Notes: generated by a model from the sequence alone, not told the origin. DNA of 63,507 bases, filler included, from Octopus bimaculoides (GCF_001194135.2; 3 parts of 3 records of this genome joined end to end with filler, not necessarily neighbours in it), one strand, 5' to 3'; positions 12,155 to 24,179 are shown, counted from the whole stretch's first letter. A program made the numbers and translations.

Positions 12155-12939
12155 AGTTTGTGTGCATGTATGTGTGAGTGTGTGCGTATTTATCTCTCTC
12201 TCTCTCTCTATCTATCTATACATACATATATACATAGAAACATATATGGATGTGGTTGTGTATATATATATGTATTTATATAAGTGGGAGTGTTGAATGC
12301 ACACAGACATATAGATGCAAATGTATATGCTACGAGCACATGTATACACCCATTAATCTAGTTATTCCCATTTCCTTTATATACACATGTCTTTTTGTTC
12401 TACATAACAACACCGTAGATATTTCATTTCAGCAATTATCTATCTTGTTAAACTTTAACAGTGATAATTGAACAAGATTGGGACAACTTTCCATTGACTT
12501 ATTAGCAATTTCCTGTATATTATATTAATGCGGTTTTCTCTTGGAACTATGATACTTAATTACTCAGATAATTAATACTATTAACGGTACGAAAAATAAA
12601 CATAAAAAGAAAAAACGAAAACAACTGCTCCTCCTTGATGTTAATTTTTGTTTTCTCCAGTTGTCATTTTCTGAATCATTTCACTAGAAAACGAGATTGC
12701 TTTGATTGCAGATTTTAACTACAAGTGCTTTAACAATCACCTTTAACATCTTCGTTCCATTATCTTGATGGCAACACTCAATTTAAATGTAATTTTAAGA
12801 TTGAAATAGCATTTAACATGATCCTTGACTTCGCAAATACACAATAAGTCTTCTTGAATTTGATTTCTCCACCTTTTTCTACAGATAAACTAAACTTTTC
12901 TTGTAAGTACTCATTACCTAGGTTATATCATTTATATTT

Positions 12940-13210
12940 ATCTTGTTTCAATCACTGGACTGCGACCATGCTGGGGCACTGCCTTGAAGGGTTTAGTCAA
13001 ATAAATCCATCCTAGTACTAAATTTCTTTTAAGCCTGGCATTTATTTTATTAGTCTCTTTTGTTGAGCTACTAAGTTACAGAAACATAAAATAACCAACA
13101 AACACTGGTTGGCAAGCATTGGTGGAAGACAAACAAAGACAAAAACAAGTACATGTGCACACACACTCATGCACGCATGCACACGTGCACGTACACACAC
13201 ACACACACAC
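12940..13210 (-). mobile_element. SINE family C tail fragment
   Basis: CTTGTTTCAATCACTGGACTGCGACCATGCTGGGGCAC... matches the family C tail, followed by a (CA)n remnant. Confidence 0.7.
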
Positions 13211-13419
13211 ACGCATTAAAATTTTTTTTTTTTAATGTCAAAACAATGCAAGTTATAAAAGTCAGTAATACAGGTCAAGGTCAATGGTTGGTATTATTAC
13301 TTGGTATTTCAATATTTCAAGGTTAGGAAATTTACAGAGAAAAAGTGTTGACAGCTGATGTCTCTCCTCTGTAATCAGTGTGTGTGTAGAAGGCTATTAC
13401 AATATACAGTGTGTTCAAT

Positions 13420-13790
13420 ACTGCTGAACACATAAAATATTAAGTGGTGAATCTCAATAACAACCGTTCTTTCTCTCTGCTTTATCTTGAACTCAAAATC
13501 AAAGAAAATGGGTCCATCACAACTAACTTTTACAGGAAAGCAACATGCAAGGACCTATTTGTACATTATAATTCATCCCTGCACATCAGAGCTAAGATGA
13601 CCTACATTAGAAATGAGTTCCACAGGACACACACTAAATGCAGTGAAGCTGGAAGCAAAAACACTGACACCATATAATTTTGAAAAGTTCTGATGGAGGA
13701 TGGCTATACCAGGACATCACCAAATCACTTAACAAAACTCACACACCCATAGATAACATGTGTTTTCAAAAACAACTTGCTGCTCTCTAC
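13420..13790 (+). mobile_element. Penelope-like element reverse transcriptase fragment (pseudogenised)
   Basis: ORF 13444-13677 (LLYLELKIKENGSITTNFYRKATCKDLFVHYNSSLHIRAKMTYIRNEFHR...KCS) matches the PLE RT thumb pattern FLD...T..YRKPT....L...S.HP...K......R....CS; continues with a frameshift into a LxxNGY-like segment. Confidence 0.8.
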
Positions 13791-15030
13791 TGCACAATCT
13801 GTAAAGAGAGTGTAGCAGAAGCATGGTTGCTTTTTACCTTTAGGTATCCACATTTTGCCTTTTTACCTTTAGGGACCCATTTTGGTTCATCATGTGATGG
13901 TCAAGTCCATTTAGTTTTACACAGACTGTCCACCCCTCAATGTGATAAACTAACCAAGCATTCCTATATCAGCTATTTAAGAACTGGGTTTCTCTCTAAT
14001 TCCTTAGGGAGGTGAGTTCGTTACGAGTGAGTTGTGATCTTTGATATGAAAGCAGTTTATGCAACTTTTCAGCTTCAGTTAGGAGAGATTTGCAATCAGA
14101 ATCTTTGACGTCATGTTTTGCTTTCTTCTAACATTTATATTCAACTTCAAGAAACAATGTAATGTTTTTAACAGGGTTCTACTTGTTATGCCAGTTGATA
14201 TATTTCACTTTAGCGTCGTAAATAAATGTTGAGTGTGGTCAACTTTTACTTGCCTCTGTATTTTCTTAATGATATTCATCCTGACTAACTTTAACCAGAA
14301 GACATTATATTATCATGGCTTAAACCACATTGCATTCATTCAACTACATTCACTAAAAGGGGTTGAATACATGACTGGCACACTCTGAACCTTTTCTAAG
14401 GAGAGTCTTAACTAAAAACAGGCCTAGACAAAGCAACAACTTATGTACATTGCCCAACTGCATGATCAAAAGTGAAAATATTATATCTGTGGTCCTATGT
14501 GGTGTATAAAATCATGTGTAGTAAAGGTAAGGACCTCTACATCAGAAGTGCCATTAGATAAGTAACACACAGATTAAAAACACCTCTATGCTAATACTTA
14601 TTCCATCAAAAGACACCTTTAGAAATATCACACTCATGACATACAAGTTTCCATTGAAGCTACTGAAAAGAACATTGGCAATCTGAGAATAAAAGAAGCT
14701 ATTTTAATTAACAAGCACAGCCTGGGAATTTATAGCAGATTCGAATTGCAGACAGCTGATGGGTTACAATAGAAATACAAAACAACCCTTTGCACACACA
14801 CACACACACACACATACAACAGAGCAGAGAAATCAGTTCTTGACACCTCTCTATAAATTTCTGGGAGATAAATTTCTGTGAGATAAATTTCTGTCCTAAC
14901 CATAAAATATTGAAATACCATATAATACATAGTACTAACCATCAATATGTATTATTAATCTTTATAACTTGCATTGTTTTGGCTTCTAAAAAATGTTTAA
15001 AAGGCGTGGCTGAATTTTACATTTTATAAA

Positions 15031-16257
15031 TAACTAGCAGAAATACCTGGCTTTGCCCGGGTTAAAGAGAATAATGAAATCTAAAAACACCGTCTAGACT
15101 ACGCAACCCTCAACTGTTAGTAGCTACGATACCATATTTCTACATTAATAACTCTCCAATCCATGCCAGCATGGAACATAGACATTAAGTGGAATGCCAG
15201 TCTCTCATCTGGGAAGGCCTTGAAATCAATGTTACCAACTGGGGACTATGTGTGTCGCAGTGATAATAAAAAGACTCAAAGGAGGTCTGCAACGAAATAA
15301 TTTTACTCAACACTTTGCAAGTGAATCAGTGGAGGCAAAGATGCGTCTCATTTACTTGACAATTTATGCACCACNNNNNNNNNNNNNNNNNNNNNNNNNN
15401 NNNNNNNNNNNNNNNNNNNNNNNNNNNNNNNNNNNNNNNNNNNNNNNNNNNNNNNNNNNNNNNNNNNNNNNNNNNNNNNNNNNNNNNNNNNNNNNNNNNN
15501 NNNNNNNNNNNNNNNNNNNNNNNNNNNNNNNNNNNNNNNNNNNNNNNNNNNNNNNNNNNNNNNNNNNNNNNNNNNNNNNNNNNNNNNNNNNNNNNNNNNN
15601 NNNNNNNNNNNNNNNNNNNNNNNNNNNNNNNNNNNNNNNNNNNNNNNNNNNNNNNNNNNNNNNNNNNNNNNNNNNNNNNNNNNNNNNNNNNNNNNNNNNN
15701 NNNNNNNNNNNNNNNNNNNNNNNNNNNNNNNNNNNNNNNNNNNNNNNNNNNNNNNNNNNNNNNNNNNNNNNNNNNNNNNNNNNNNNNNNNNNNNNNNNNN
15801 NNNNNNNNNNNNNNNNNNNNNNNNNNNNNNNNNNNNNNNNNNNNNNNNNNNNNNNNNNNNNNNNNNNNNNNNNNNNNNNNNNNNNNNNNNNNNNNNNNNN
15901 NNNNNNNNNNNNNNNNNNNNNNNNNNNNNNNNNNNNNNNNNNNNNNNNNNNNNNNNNNNNNNNNNNTTTCAGTTAGTGGAATAGTTTCATTTTTAAAGTG
16001 AAAGTATTTGACATGAGTGTTTTTGTTTCACTTTTGACACGTAATACTTAAATAGTGGAGGAGATATTATGTTGCCGTGGGCTCGAACTCTGCAAGAAGT
16101 TAAAAATTTTTTTTTACTAAAACACAACTGGAACCCTAAGTAAGGCATGTGTAAAATTTGAATGAAATTGGTTGCGTAGTTCTCGAGTTTTAGGGATACA
16201 CACACACACACAGACAGACAGACAGACAGACACACATTCTCATTTTTATATATATAG

Positions 16258-16259
<2 letters not shown>
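15031..16259 (+). mobile_element. Non-autonomous Helentron/DINE-1-like element (interrupted by an N gap)
   Basis: Starts TAACTAGCAGAAATACCTGGCTTTGCCCGGG and ends AAATTTGAATGAAATTGG...(CAGA)n...CATTTTTATATATATAGAT, the layout typical of Helentron-associated elements. Continuity across the gap is assumed. Confidence 0.6.
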
Positions 16260-16292
<33 letters not shown>

Positions 16293-16296
<4 letters not shown>

Positions 16297-16830
16297 GCCC
16301 AGATGAAGTTCCAAGCAGTGGCTCTCATGGCCTCTGATCTTAACTGATTGCAAGTGTTATCATATACACTGTTTTGTCTTGGTACAAAAGTTGGGTTACA
16401 ACAATTATTTTGATCAATAGCACAGATTTGCTTGTCAGTTGTTTGACCTTAACCAGTTGAGCATGTCCCTTGGTGGCTGACGATATGTGCATCTCTGATC
16501 ATGAGTAGAAGTAGTGGGGGAGCATCATAGTCATGTGTTGAAAGGATTTCTTTGGGGTTTGGATAATTCAACTTTGGAAACATGGGTGTTTTGCTCAACA
16601 TCCTTAAACAACTTTTATTCAGGGACCTTTTGAGTGGGATGGGCTACTCGACCTGAAGAAAATTCTAACTGGGCTCTACTTGCAAGATCATGCACTGTTT
16701 ATCTTGATATCAGATCCCCATGTCATGCACATATGATCGTGATGCATGTGCCTTGTCATGTTAGGTATACCAGGCGTTGTATATTTTACCCCAGTGTCAC
16801 TTCGATGGCATGCACTGCTCTTTCACTCAA
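16293..16830. mobile_element. Unclassified ~530-bp interspersed element flanked by (AAT)n on both sides
   Basis: Partial second copy at 62955-63060; (AAT)n arrays at 16260-16293 and 16829-16848. Confidence 0.6.
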
Positions 16831-16859
16831 TAATAATAATGATAATAAAGTGATTGCCA

Positions 16860-17112
16860 TGCATTGACAAAGTTAAATAGTCTAATATTGGGACATATAG
16901 GCCCTTGATGATAAAAAAAGTAGGGTTTGCTGTATGCATGGGACTCGAGTCCACACCTCTATGAATTTGCAACAAGTGTGCTAGAGTAAATGGTAGCACA
17001 CTTGTGAATATATAGAGATGTAGGTTCAAGTCCCACACATATGGCAATCCCTACTTTTTTCTGTTGAGGGCTTATATGCTCCAGTATTAGACTATTTAAC
17101 TTAGTCAATGCA
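16860..17112. mobile_element. Fold-back element composed of two opposed tRNA-like arms
   Basis: 16860-16983 is the reverse complement of 16994-17112 (roughly 80%), with a 10-nt loop; each arm has a B-box/T-arm-like motif (GGTTCAAGTCCC on plus; GGACTCGAGTCCC on minus). Confidence 0.85.
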
Positions 17113-17162
17113 CAGTGATAACTTATAAGCTTTAAGCTTATGAAAAATATTAATATTATCAA

Positions 17163-17193
<31 letters not shown>

Positions 17194-17252
17194 TGATAGG
17201 AAGGACAACAAAAGAAAGAAAGAGACCTCAATATTATGTAAATAGAGGAATT

Positions 17253-17468
17253 TATCTGTAAAAATATGTGACACTTATTTGGTAGCCATGATAAAACTCC
17301 GAGTTTTGGATGCTAGGGCGGAAACTTACACTGCCATCTCTTCAGTTATCTGGCTAGGAATTTTCAATGGCAAGGTAACTGAAGAGATGGCGGTGTGGGT
17401 TTCCTCCCCAGCATCCGAAACTCGGAGTTTTATCATGGCTATCGAATAAGTGTCACATATTTTTACAG

Positions 17469-17471
<3 letters not shown>
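17253..17471. mobile_element. Palindromic MITE with ~100-bp arms
   Basis: 17253-17354 vs 17369-17471 are reverse complements at roughly 90%; ~15-nt spacer. Confidence 0.9.
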
Positions 17472-17509
<38 letters not shown>

Positions 17510-17511
<2 letters not shown>

Positions 17512-17670
17512 TGACATGCTTTTTTCAGTTTCTTTCTACCAAATTCACTCACAAGGCTTTGGGTGGCACAGAGCTATAATAGAAGACACTTGTCCAAGGT
17601 GTCACACTGGGACTGAACTCAAGACAGCATGGCTGGGAAGCAAGCTTTTTGACCACACAGCCATGCTTGC
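17510..17670 (-). mobile_element. SINE family C head/core fragment
   Basis: Matches 3380-3540, with CpG-to-TpG changes. Confidence 0.75.
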
Positions 17671-18068
17671 AAATAAAACTTATCTTATAAGTACTCATTA
17701 CTTAATATAGGTTATATATTTAGTTTTTTTTTTATATCAACCAAAGACCTTATTCATAAGATATTTAGCAATTCTTTTTTTCCTTGGTCAGTCGGATGAG
17801 TTTCAAAAAGTCTGAATGAATGTAATACAAAAAAAAAAAAAAGATACAGAAAAGTTAATGGCAATGAGAAGTGAGTTTCATTCTTATTAGCCCTTTAACT
17901 ATTTCTCTGTAAGAATACTTCCTAATTACATTCTTTATTCAAGGATAGAATATTAAAAAAAAAAATCATCATCATCATCATCATCCTCATTATCATCATC
18001 ATTGTTGTCATTGTTGATGTTGTTATCATCATCATCATTGTCATAATCATTGCTGCCAACATCATCAT

Positions 18069-18100
<32 letters not shown>

Positions 18101-18934
18101 TTGTCATCATCGCCATTGTTGTTGTTGTTGTTGTTGTCCTTGTCATTCTTATCATGATCACTATTGATATTATTATTGACTCTCATAGTGTATAAAAACA
18201 TCTTTTTATTTTCCCTTCAAAAGACATTTTATTTCAAGCATTATCAAATGAAATTCTCTTTCAAGTATTTATAAGAGAACTAGAATTGCCTAAAGAGGGA
18301 TTGCCCTTAACACCTGGGGATAGAAAAGCGGACAAAAACCCCCCCCAAAAAAACAGAAAAGAGATTTGTTTCATATACTTCTAAAACTTTATTTACACAC
18401 TACAGTTTCACATCTAAAATGGTTACCACTCAAAATTATGCAACACAGCAAAACACTACAATGGTTAATAAGAAAAAGAACAAAATACCCAACTAAATGT
18501 ATGAAGAAAATGAACTGTATAGTGAACAGTTAATGGAAGAAAATGTCCGAAAAACTCAAATAAACAAATTTGGAAAATAGTGACAGTAACAGTAACAACA
18601 ACAATAACAATAACAACAACAACCCTAACATAATTCCAGATATTATGGCCCATTCAGATAACTACTGTATTTGTGTGAACACAGCTGTCCAACAGTCACT
18701 TAGCTATTCCCTCAATACTAAATGAGCAGATAAAGCTTTTGGACCTATCATAGTTACAAGAAAAAAAATGTTGATGTGAAAATTTTGTAAAACCCAACTG
18801 CATTTCTTTGCTGCAGGAAATAATCCAGGACAAGGCAAAGGAAAAAGATGGAAGTTGACTAAATTTGTCCTTATGTCAAGTAGTACAATAGGCCCTCCAG
18901 GATATATCAGGATGATTTTTCTAAACGGAGAATG

Positions 18935-19330
18935 ATAAAAGCTATGCCACTATTTGCTGTACTTTTAAAATTGAAAATGCTGCCAATGCAGAAGTCGAAA
19001 TGTACCTCTGACTATACATTTGTACCCTAATACATGGGTGAAAGAAACACACGAGTCACAATAAAAGACATTGCACACAATGTAAACTCATGGCTGGCAG
19101 TGACTTTTGTGTTGCAGTATGGGAGAATGGTTAAAGCCAAGTTAACAAAAGGTGATCTATGGTCAGGAGATGCCAAAATGACCTGAAAGTCACAGAAGAG
19201 TACCAGAAATATGCCCAGTAGAAAGCACTGAGACAATGGGTATGAGATTGACGACACAGTGTAGAAATCCTACTTGTTGGAGCAAAATACATCTTTGAAT
19301 TGAATACCCCAAAGAAGTGGGAAGACTAAG
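18935..19330 (+). pseudogene. Possible decayed L1/Tx1-type ORF1 fragment
   Basis: Broken frames read ...P.YMGERNTRVTIKDIAHNVNSWLAVTFVLQYG... and CRNPTCW..H...P, reminiscent of an RRM plus zinc-knuckle ORF1; many stops and frameshifts. Confidence 0.35.
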
Positions 19331-20177
19331 TGAAAATTAAGAAAACAAAAATAATGAAAAGTTTCCAGAGCACCACAAACCAAAACTCTGGGAATAGCAA
19401 AGAAAATATCTTTAGGCTGAGTGTCATAAATAAATGAGCAAACACCTTGTCCCCTAGCTGCATCAACTTGTCATACCATACCTCCGTTATGTGATGAAAA
19501 CATAATTACAGATGAAAATATGAAAGGGAAAGAGGAAAATATCACTAAAAAGACACAACAAAAAATGATACAAATGGGTGAAACAATTTCTGTTGAAAGA
19601 CAATGAAAAACTCCTTCTCAAGAAAATAGAATACAAATGGCATGGATGAAGACGAACTAAGATACACCGTTCTCCAAAAACCAAACAAATAGTTAATGGA
19701 CAAAATTACACATCAGTAGTGCCACAGATTTTCAGAAGTTGTAATGACATATAAACAGTCAGGCTAAGTATATAAACTAGATGTGAAAGAATGGTTGCTT
19801 GTAAAATTCAAATTAAGATTTTATCACACTTAAAAAAGAAAACCCTCAAGAAATTGATGTGACATGAAATGTCACAAATAAAAAGCCTGCTGGTGCATTT
19901 GGTGGCACTCAAAGACAATTTCAGAAATGGTTAACAGAATGAGTACATGGAGAGCCAAGCTCAACCCAGCTAATATATATACATATATACATACATACAT
20001 ACATATATATATAAGCTTTTTTTATTCTCTCTCTGTTTATTTCCTCATGTTCCTTTCTGTTGAAGAGTGTAGGCTCGAAAAGTAAAAGACTTTCTCACCT
20101 TCTCAAGCATTGAACTAATACACCTGTCTTCATCTTTTGTTTTTCTGTAAATTCCGGCTATATATATATATATATAT

Positions 20178-20467
20178 AACAATTGCAGCATGGAAGGTGT
20201 TTATAAGCCATTTAAGAAGCACACAAAAACCGTTAGATTCACTTCAACATTTAAATTTAAGTTGCCAAAATATTTTCATCACTTTGAGACCACGACATGT
20301 TCACTGACAAAATCCTGAGATGCAGCACAGGATTTTGTCAATGAACAGGTCGCGGTCTCAAAGCGACGAAAACATTTTGGCAAATTAAATTTAAATATTG
20401 AAGTGAATCTAACGGTTTTTGTGTGTTTCTTAAATGGCTTATAAACACCTTCCACACTGCAATTGTT
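20178..20467. mobile_element. Palindromic MITE with ~140-bp arms
   Basis: 20178-20317 vs 20328-20467 are reverse complements at roughly 90%; 10-nt loop AGATGCAGCA. Confidence 0.9.
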
Positions 20468-20654
20468 TTCATTCCAGCGCACGATCTCAGATCAGGTCAC
20501 TTGCCATGCAAGTACATCTCCGTAATATATTCATATATATATATATTGGATCATCCCATAAATAATGTAGGTTTTTTATACTTTTATTTTTCTAAATTAA
20601 GATAAACAAATGAGAAATGATGCCCCACCTACCATATTCATCAGACGAGGTTAA

Positions 20655-20989
20655 CATGCCAGGCAAAATACTTAGTGGTATTTAACCTGCCACTACGTTC
20701 TGAGTTCAAATTCTGCCAAGGTTGACTTTGCCTTTCATCCTCTTGAGGTTGATGAAATAAATACCAGTTATGCACTGAGGTTGATTCAATCAACTATCCC
20801 CCTTCCCCCCAAATTTTCAAGGCCTTGTGCTTAGAGTAGAAATAATAATCATTATTATTAATGATGATAAGTTCTGCCAAGGTTGAGTTTGCCTTTCATC
20901 CTTTCAGGGTTGATAAAATAAGTACCAGTTGAGCACTGAGGTTAATAACCCTCCTCTGAAATTGCTGTCCTTGTGCAAAAATTTGAAAC

Positions 20990-20990
<1 letters not shown>
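20655..20990 (+). mobile_element. Two tandem degenerate SINE family B copies
   Basis: GAGTTCAAATTCTGCCAAGGTTGACTTTGCCTTTCATCC body at ~20700 and ~20875, each ending in an (ATT)n tail; matches 32787-33010. Confidence 0.8.
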
Positions 20991-21032
<42 letters not shown>

Positions 21033-21078
21033 GTTGTTGTTGTTGTTGATAATGATAATAACAATAATAATAATAATC

Positions 21079-21390
21079 CTTTCTATTATAAGTACAAGGC
21101 TTGAAATTTTTTGGGTGGAGATGGGGCGAATCGATTACATCGACCCCAGTGTTTCACTGGTACTTAATTTATCAACCCTAAAAGGATGAAAGGCAAAGTC
21201 AACCTCGGCAGAATTTGAACCCAGATTCGTCTGTCTTCATGTTCCAGGTTCAAATTCCGCTGAGTTTGACTTTGCCTTTCATCGTTTTGGGGTTGATAAA
21301 AATTAAGTACCAGTGAAACACTGGGGCCGATGTAATTGACTTGCCCCCTCCACCAAAATTTCAGGCCTTGTGCATATAATAGAAAGGATT
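21079..21390. mobile_element. Head-to-head pair of SINE family B copies forming a fold-back
   Basis: 21079-21222 (minus) and 21243-21390 (plus) are reverse complements at roughly 85-90%, and both are truncated at the B-box. Confidence 0.85.
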
Positions 21391-22704
21391 ATTATTATTA
21401 CTGTTATTATTATCATTATCAGTATCAGCATCATCTGGTAGCCCTCCTGGGCATTAGTTGGGCAATTTTGCAAAACATTTTCTGGACCAATGTCATCTCA
21501 CTTGTAAGGCATCTGACAATCTGAACTCTGTACTTCTTTCTACACCATCCTTGCTCTATCTCTGCCTTAGATATAATATCTACCATCTACCATTACAAAC
21601 ATATGACAAGTTCTGTGCCCAACATATAATTGCTATAGCATACAACAATATGCAATAAAGATTTTCAAGTTAAATATCAACTTGGGAAGATGTACAATGC
21701 TTCATAAACTTCACACCAGACAATATATAACATATAACACACACACACACACAAACACACACACTCACTCACATACAAACACACATATACATACTTATAC
21801 ATACATATGATTTTTCAAAAGAACAAGTGATAGGAATCTGAATATTTATGGCAGTTATAGTTAATAGATAGTAATCTGACCAAAGAAGTTACTTTGAGTA
21901 CTTTGTAGCTCTGTTTCCTCTTTTCAGACACAATGTAATCTCAAGCAAATTTTATGTCCATGATTCATAGAAATATCCCTGTCAATTTAATTACATCCAT
22001 GGTAAATATACTTTCTCAAAAGCCAAATTGCTTCAACTTCAGTCATGGTTAATAAACACCATATAACACTTATATTTTTGTTACATTTTTGTTTGTATAT
22101 CAGAGTGTGCTTATAGAGATAGCTTTGTAGTTGTCTAGTTTTTATTTTTATCTTTTTCCTCTGAAGATAAAACATGGTAGAATTAATCAGATAAAGGATT
22201 ATTTCTTGTTTATTATACATTGGCACTAGAAACAATATATTTGTATTTATTATATATTATATTACATATCATATATATATGTGTATATACATATACATAC
22301 ATAATATATATATATGTATGTACGTATGTTTGTATGTATGTGTGTGTGATGATACAAGGTATTTTGTTTATTCTTTGGTTTTCCTGTAATATTGGGCATT
22401 GCAAACTCTTTTGTACATCAATATTATGTCAGAGACAAAGATGAATTCATTGATTCGATAGAATATTTTTACATTGATTTTGGTTTTATCATCTTAATGA
22501 AGAAACACTGAGATAAAATCTCTGCATATTATTGAAAAAGATAATATATATATTTATATGTGTGTGTGTATATATAAAAAAAAATGTGTAGTGAAGTCTA
22601 TTGAAATAAACTCAGTAATACAGCTGAAGAGAATATACAATGAGACAACACACACACATACATGCACATGCACACATATTCTCTCTCTTGCCCCAGCCAC
22701 TTAC

Positions 22705-22776
22705 CAGCCATATCGAATGTTTTTGATTTGAAATGAATCTGGTTTTGCTTTGATCAAATATGCTCAGAATTGTTAA
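22705..22776 (-). CDS. Candidate 72-nt internal exon of an unidentified gene
   Basis: Strong donor CTG|GTAAGT and a modest acceptor ctctaatatctag; open only in phase 0 (LTILSIFDQSKTRFISNQKHSIWL); no homology recognised. Confidence 0.25.
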
Positions 22777-22908
22777 CTAGATATTAGAGTATGACCACTA
22801 CAGTAACTGTGGCATACCAAGTAGATGTAGCATGTGACAAAGCAAACTTTTTAAAACTTATATAATTACAAACTAATAATAATAACAACAACAACAACAA
22901 CAATAATG

Positions 22909-22979
<71 letters not shown>

Positions 22980-23809
22980 AATGAATATATAAATAAATAA
23001 TAAATAATTGCAGGTTTGAATATTCGATGAACTTAAATAAGTTAAACTCTTATTTAAGATGGAATGGTGTTCTGTAGTAGCAGCATTCTGCTAAGATTTC
23101 ATTAATAACAATTAATAGTGACCAAATGTCAGTCTAATGTATACTGTCAAAAATAAGCTTACAACACACCAGCATACATATTGTTTGCTCTCTGAATGTA
23201 TTATTNNNNNNNNNNNNNNNNNNNNNNNNNNNNNNNNNNNNNNNNNNNNNNNNNNNNNNNNNNNNNNNNNNNNNNNNNNNNNNNNNNNNNNNNNNNNNNN
23301 NNNNNNNNNNNNNNNNNNNNNNNNNNNNNNNNNNNNNNNNNNNNNNNNNNNNNNNNNNNNNNNNNNNNNNNNNNNNNNNNNNNNNNNNNNNNNNNNNNNN
23401 NNNNNNNNNNNNNNNNNNNNNNNNNNNNNNNNNNNNNNNNNNNNNNNNNNNNNNNNNNNNNNNNNNNNNNNNNNNNNNNNNNNNNNNNNNNNNNNNNNNN
23501 NNNNNNNNNNNNNNNNNNNNNNNNNNNNNNNNNNNNNNNNNNNNNNNNNNNNNNNNNNNNNNNNNNNNNNNNNNNNNNNNNNNNNNNNNNNNNNNNNNNN
23601 NNNNNNNNNNNNNNNNNNNNNNNNNNNNNNNNNNNNNNNNNNNNNNNNNNNNNNNNNNNNNNNNNNNNNNNNNNNNNNNNNNNNNNNNNNNNNNNNNNNN
23701 NNNNNNNNNNNNNNNNNNNNNNNNNNNNNNNNNNNNNNNNNNNNNNNNNNTATATATATATATATATGTACTTATGTATGCATGTATGTATATACATGTG
23801 TATATATCA

Positions 23810-23848
<39 letters not shown>

Positions 23849-23886
23849 GCATATATGTCATTCATAAAATGAAATGATAATGAATG

Positions 23887-23917
<31 letters not shown>

Positions 23918-24179
23918 TGCATACACATATGTGTGTGTGTGTTTAAATTGATATAATATATGTAGGTCAGTTTAATAATATCTTTGCTGAAATGTTGGCT
24001 TGTGATTTTTAATTTAAATATCACATGATATGTAAATTTGTATCATTATCTTATTCTTTTGTTCTTTTACTAATTTTAGTCACCTATACAATGTACTCAT
24101 CTCTTTTCCTCTACTTATTATCTCTATTGTGTCTCAACAATTGGGCCCTGCACTAATCATTTAGTGGGCATTTTAACTC

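Noticed and set aside
12620-12925. Protein-looking minus-strand frames (GNEYLQEKFSLSVEKGGEIKFKK...)
   Set aside because: Interrupted by stops and without usable splice sites; at best an unassignable decayed element.
15248-16001. 200-480-aa ORFs spanning N runs (also 23134-24024, 39587-41651, 51160-52471, 59619-61828)
   Set aside because: The length comes from X residues in assembly gaps.
17922-18201. Poly-M/T/D/N and poly-K/F/L/I ORFs (also 32082-32390, 49544-49986, 59225-59708)
   Set aside because: Trinucleotide repeat mosaics; no splice signals or unique coding flanks.
21930-22003. Plus-strand segment with a strong acceptor and a GTAAAT donor
   Set aside because: Stops in all three frames.
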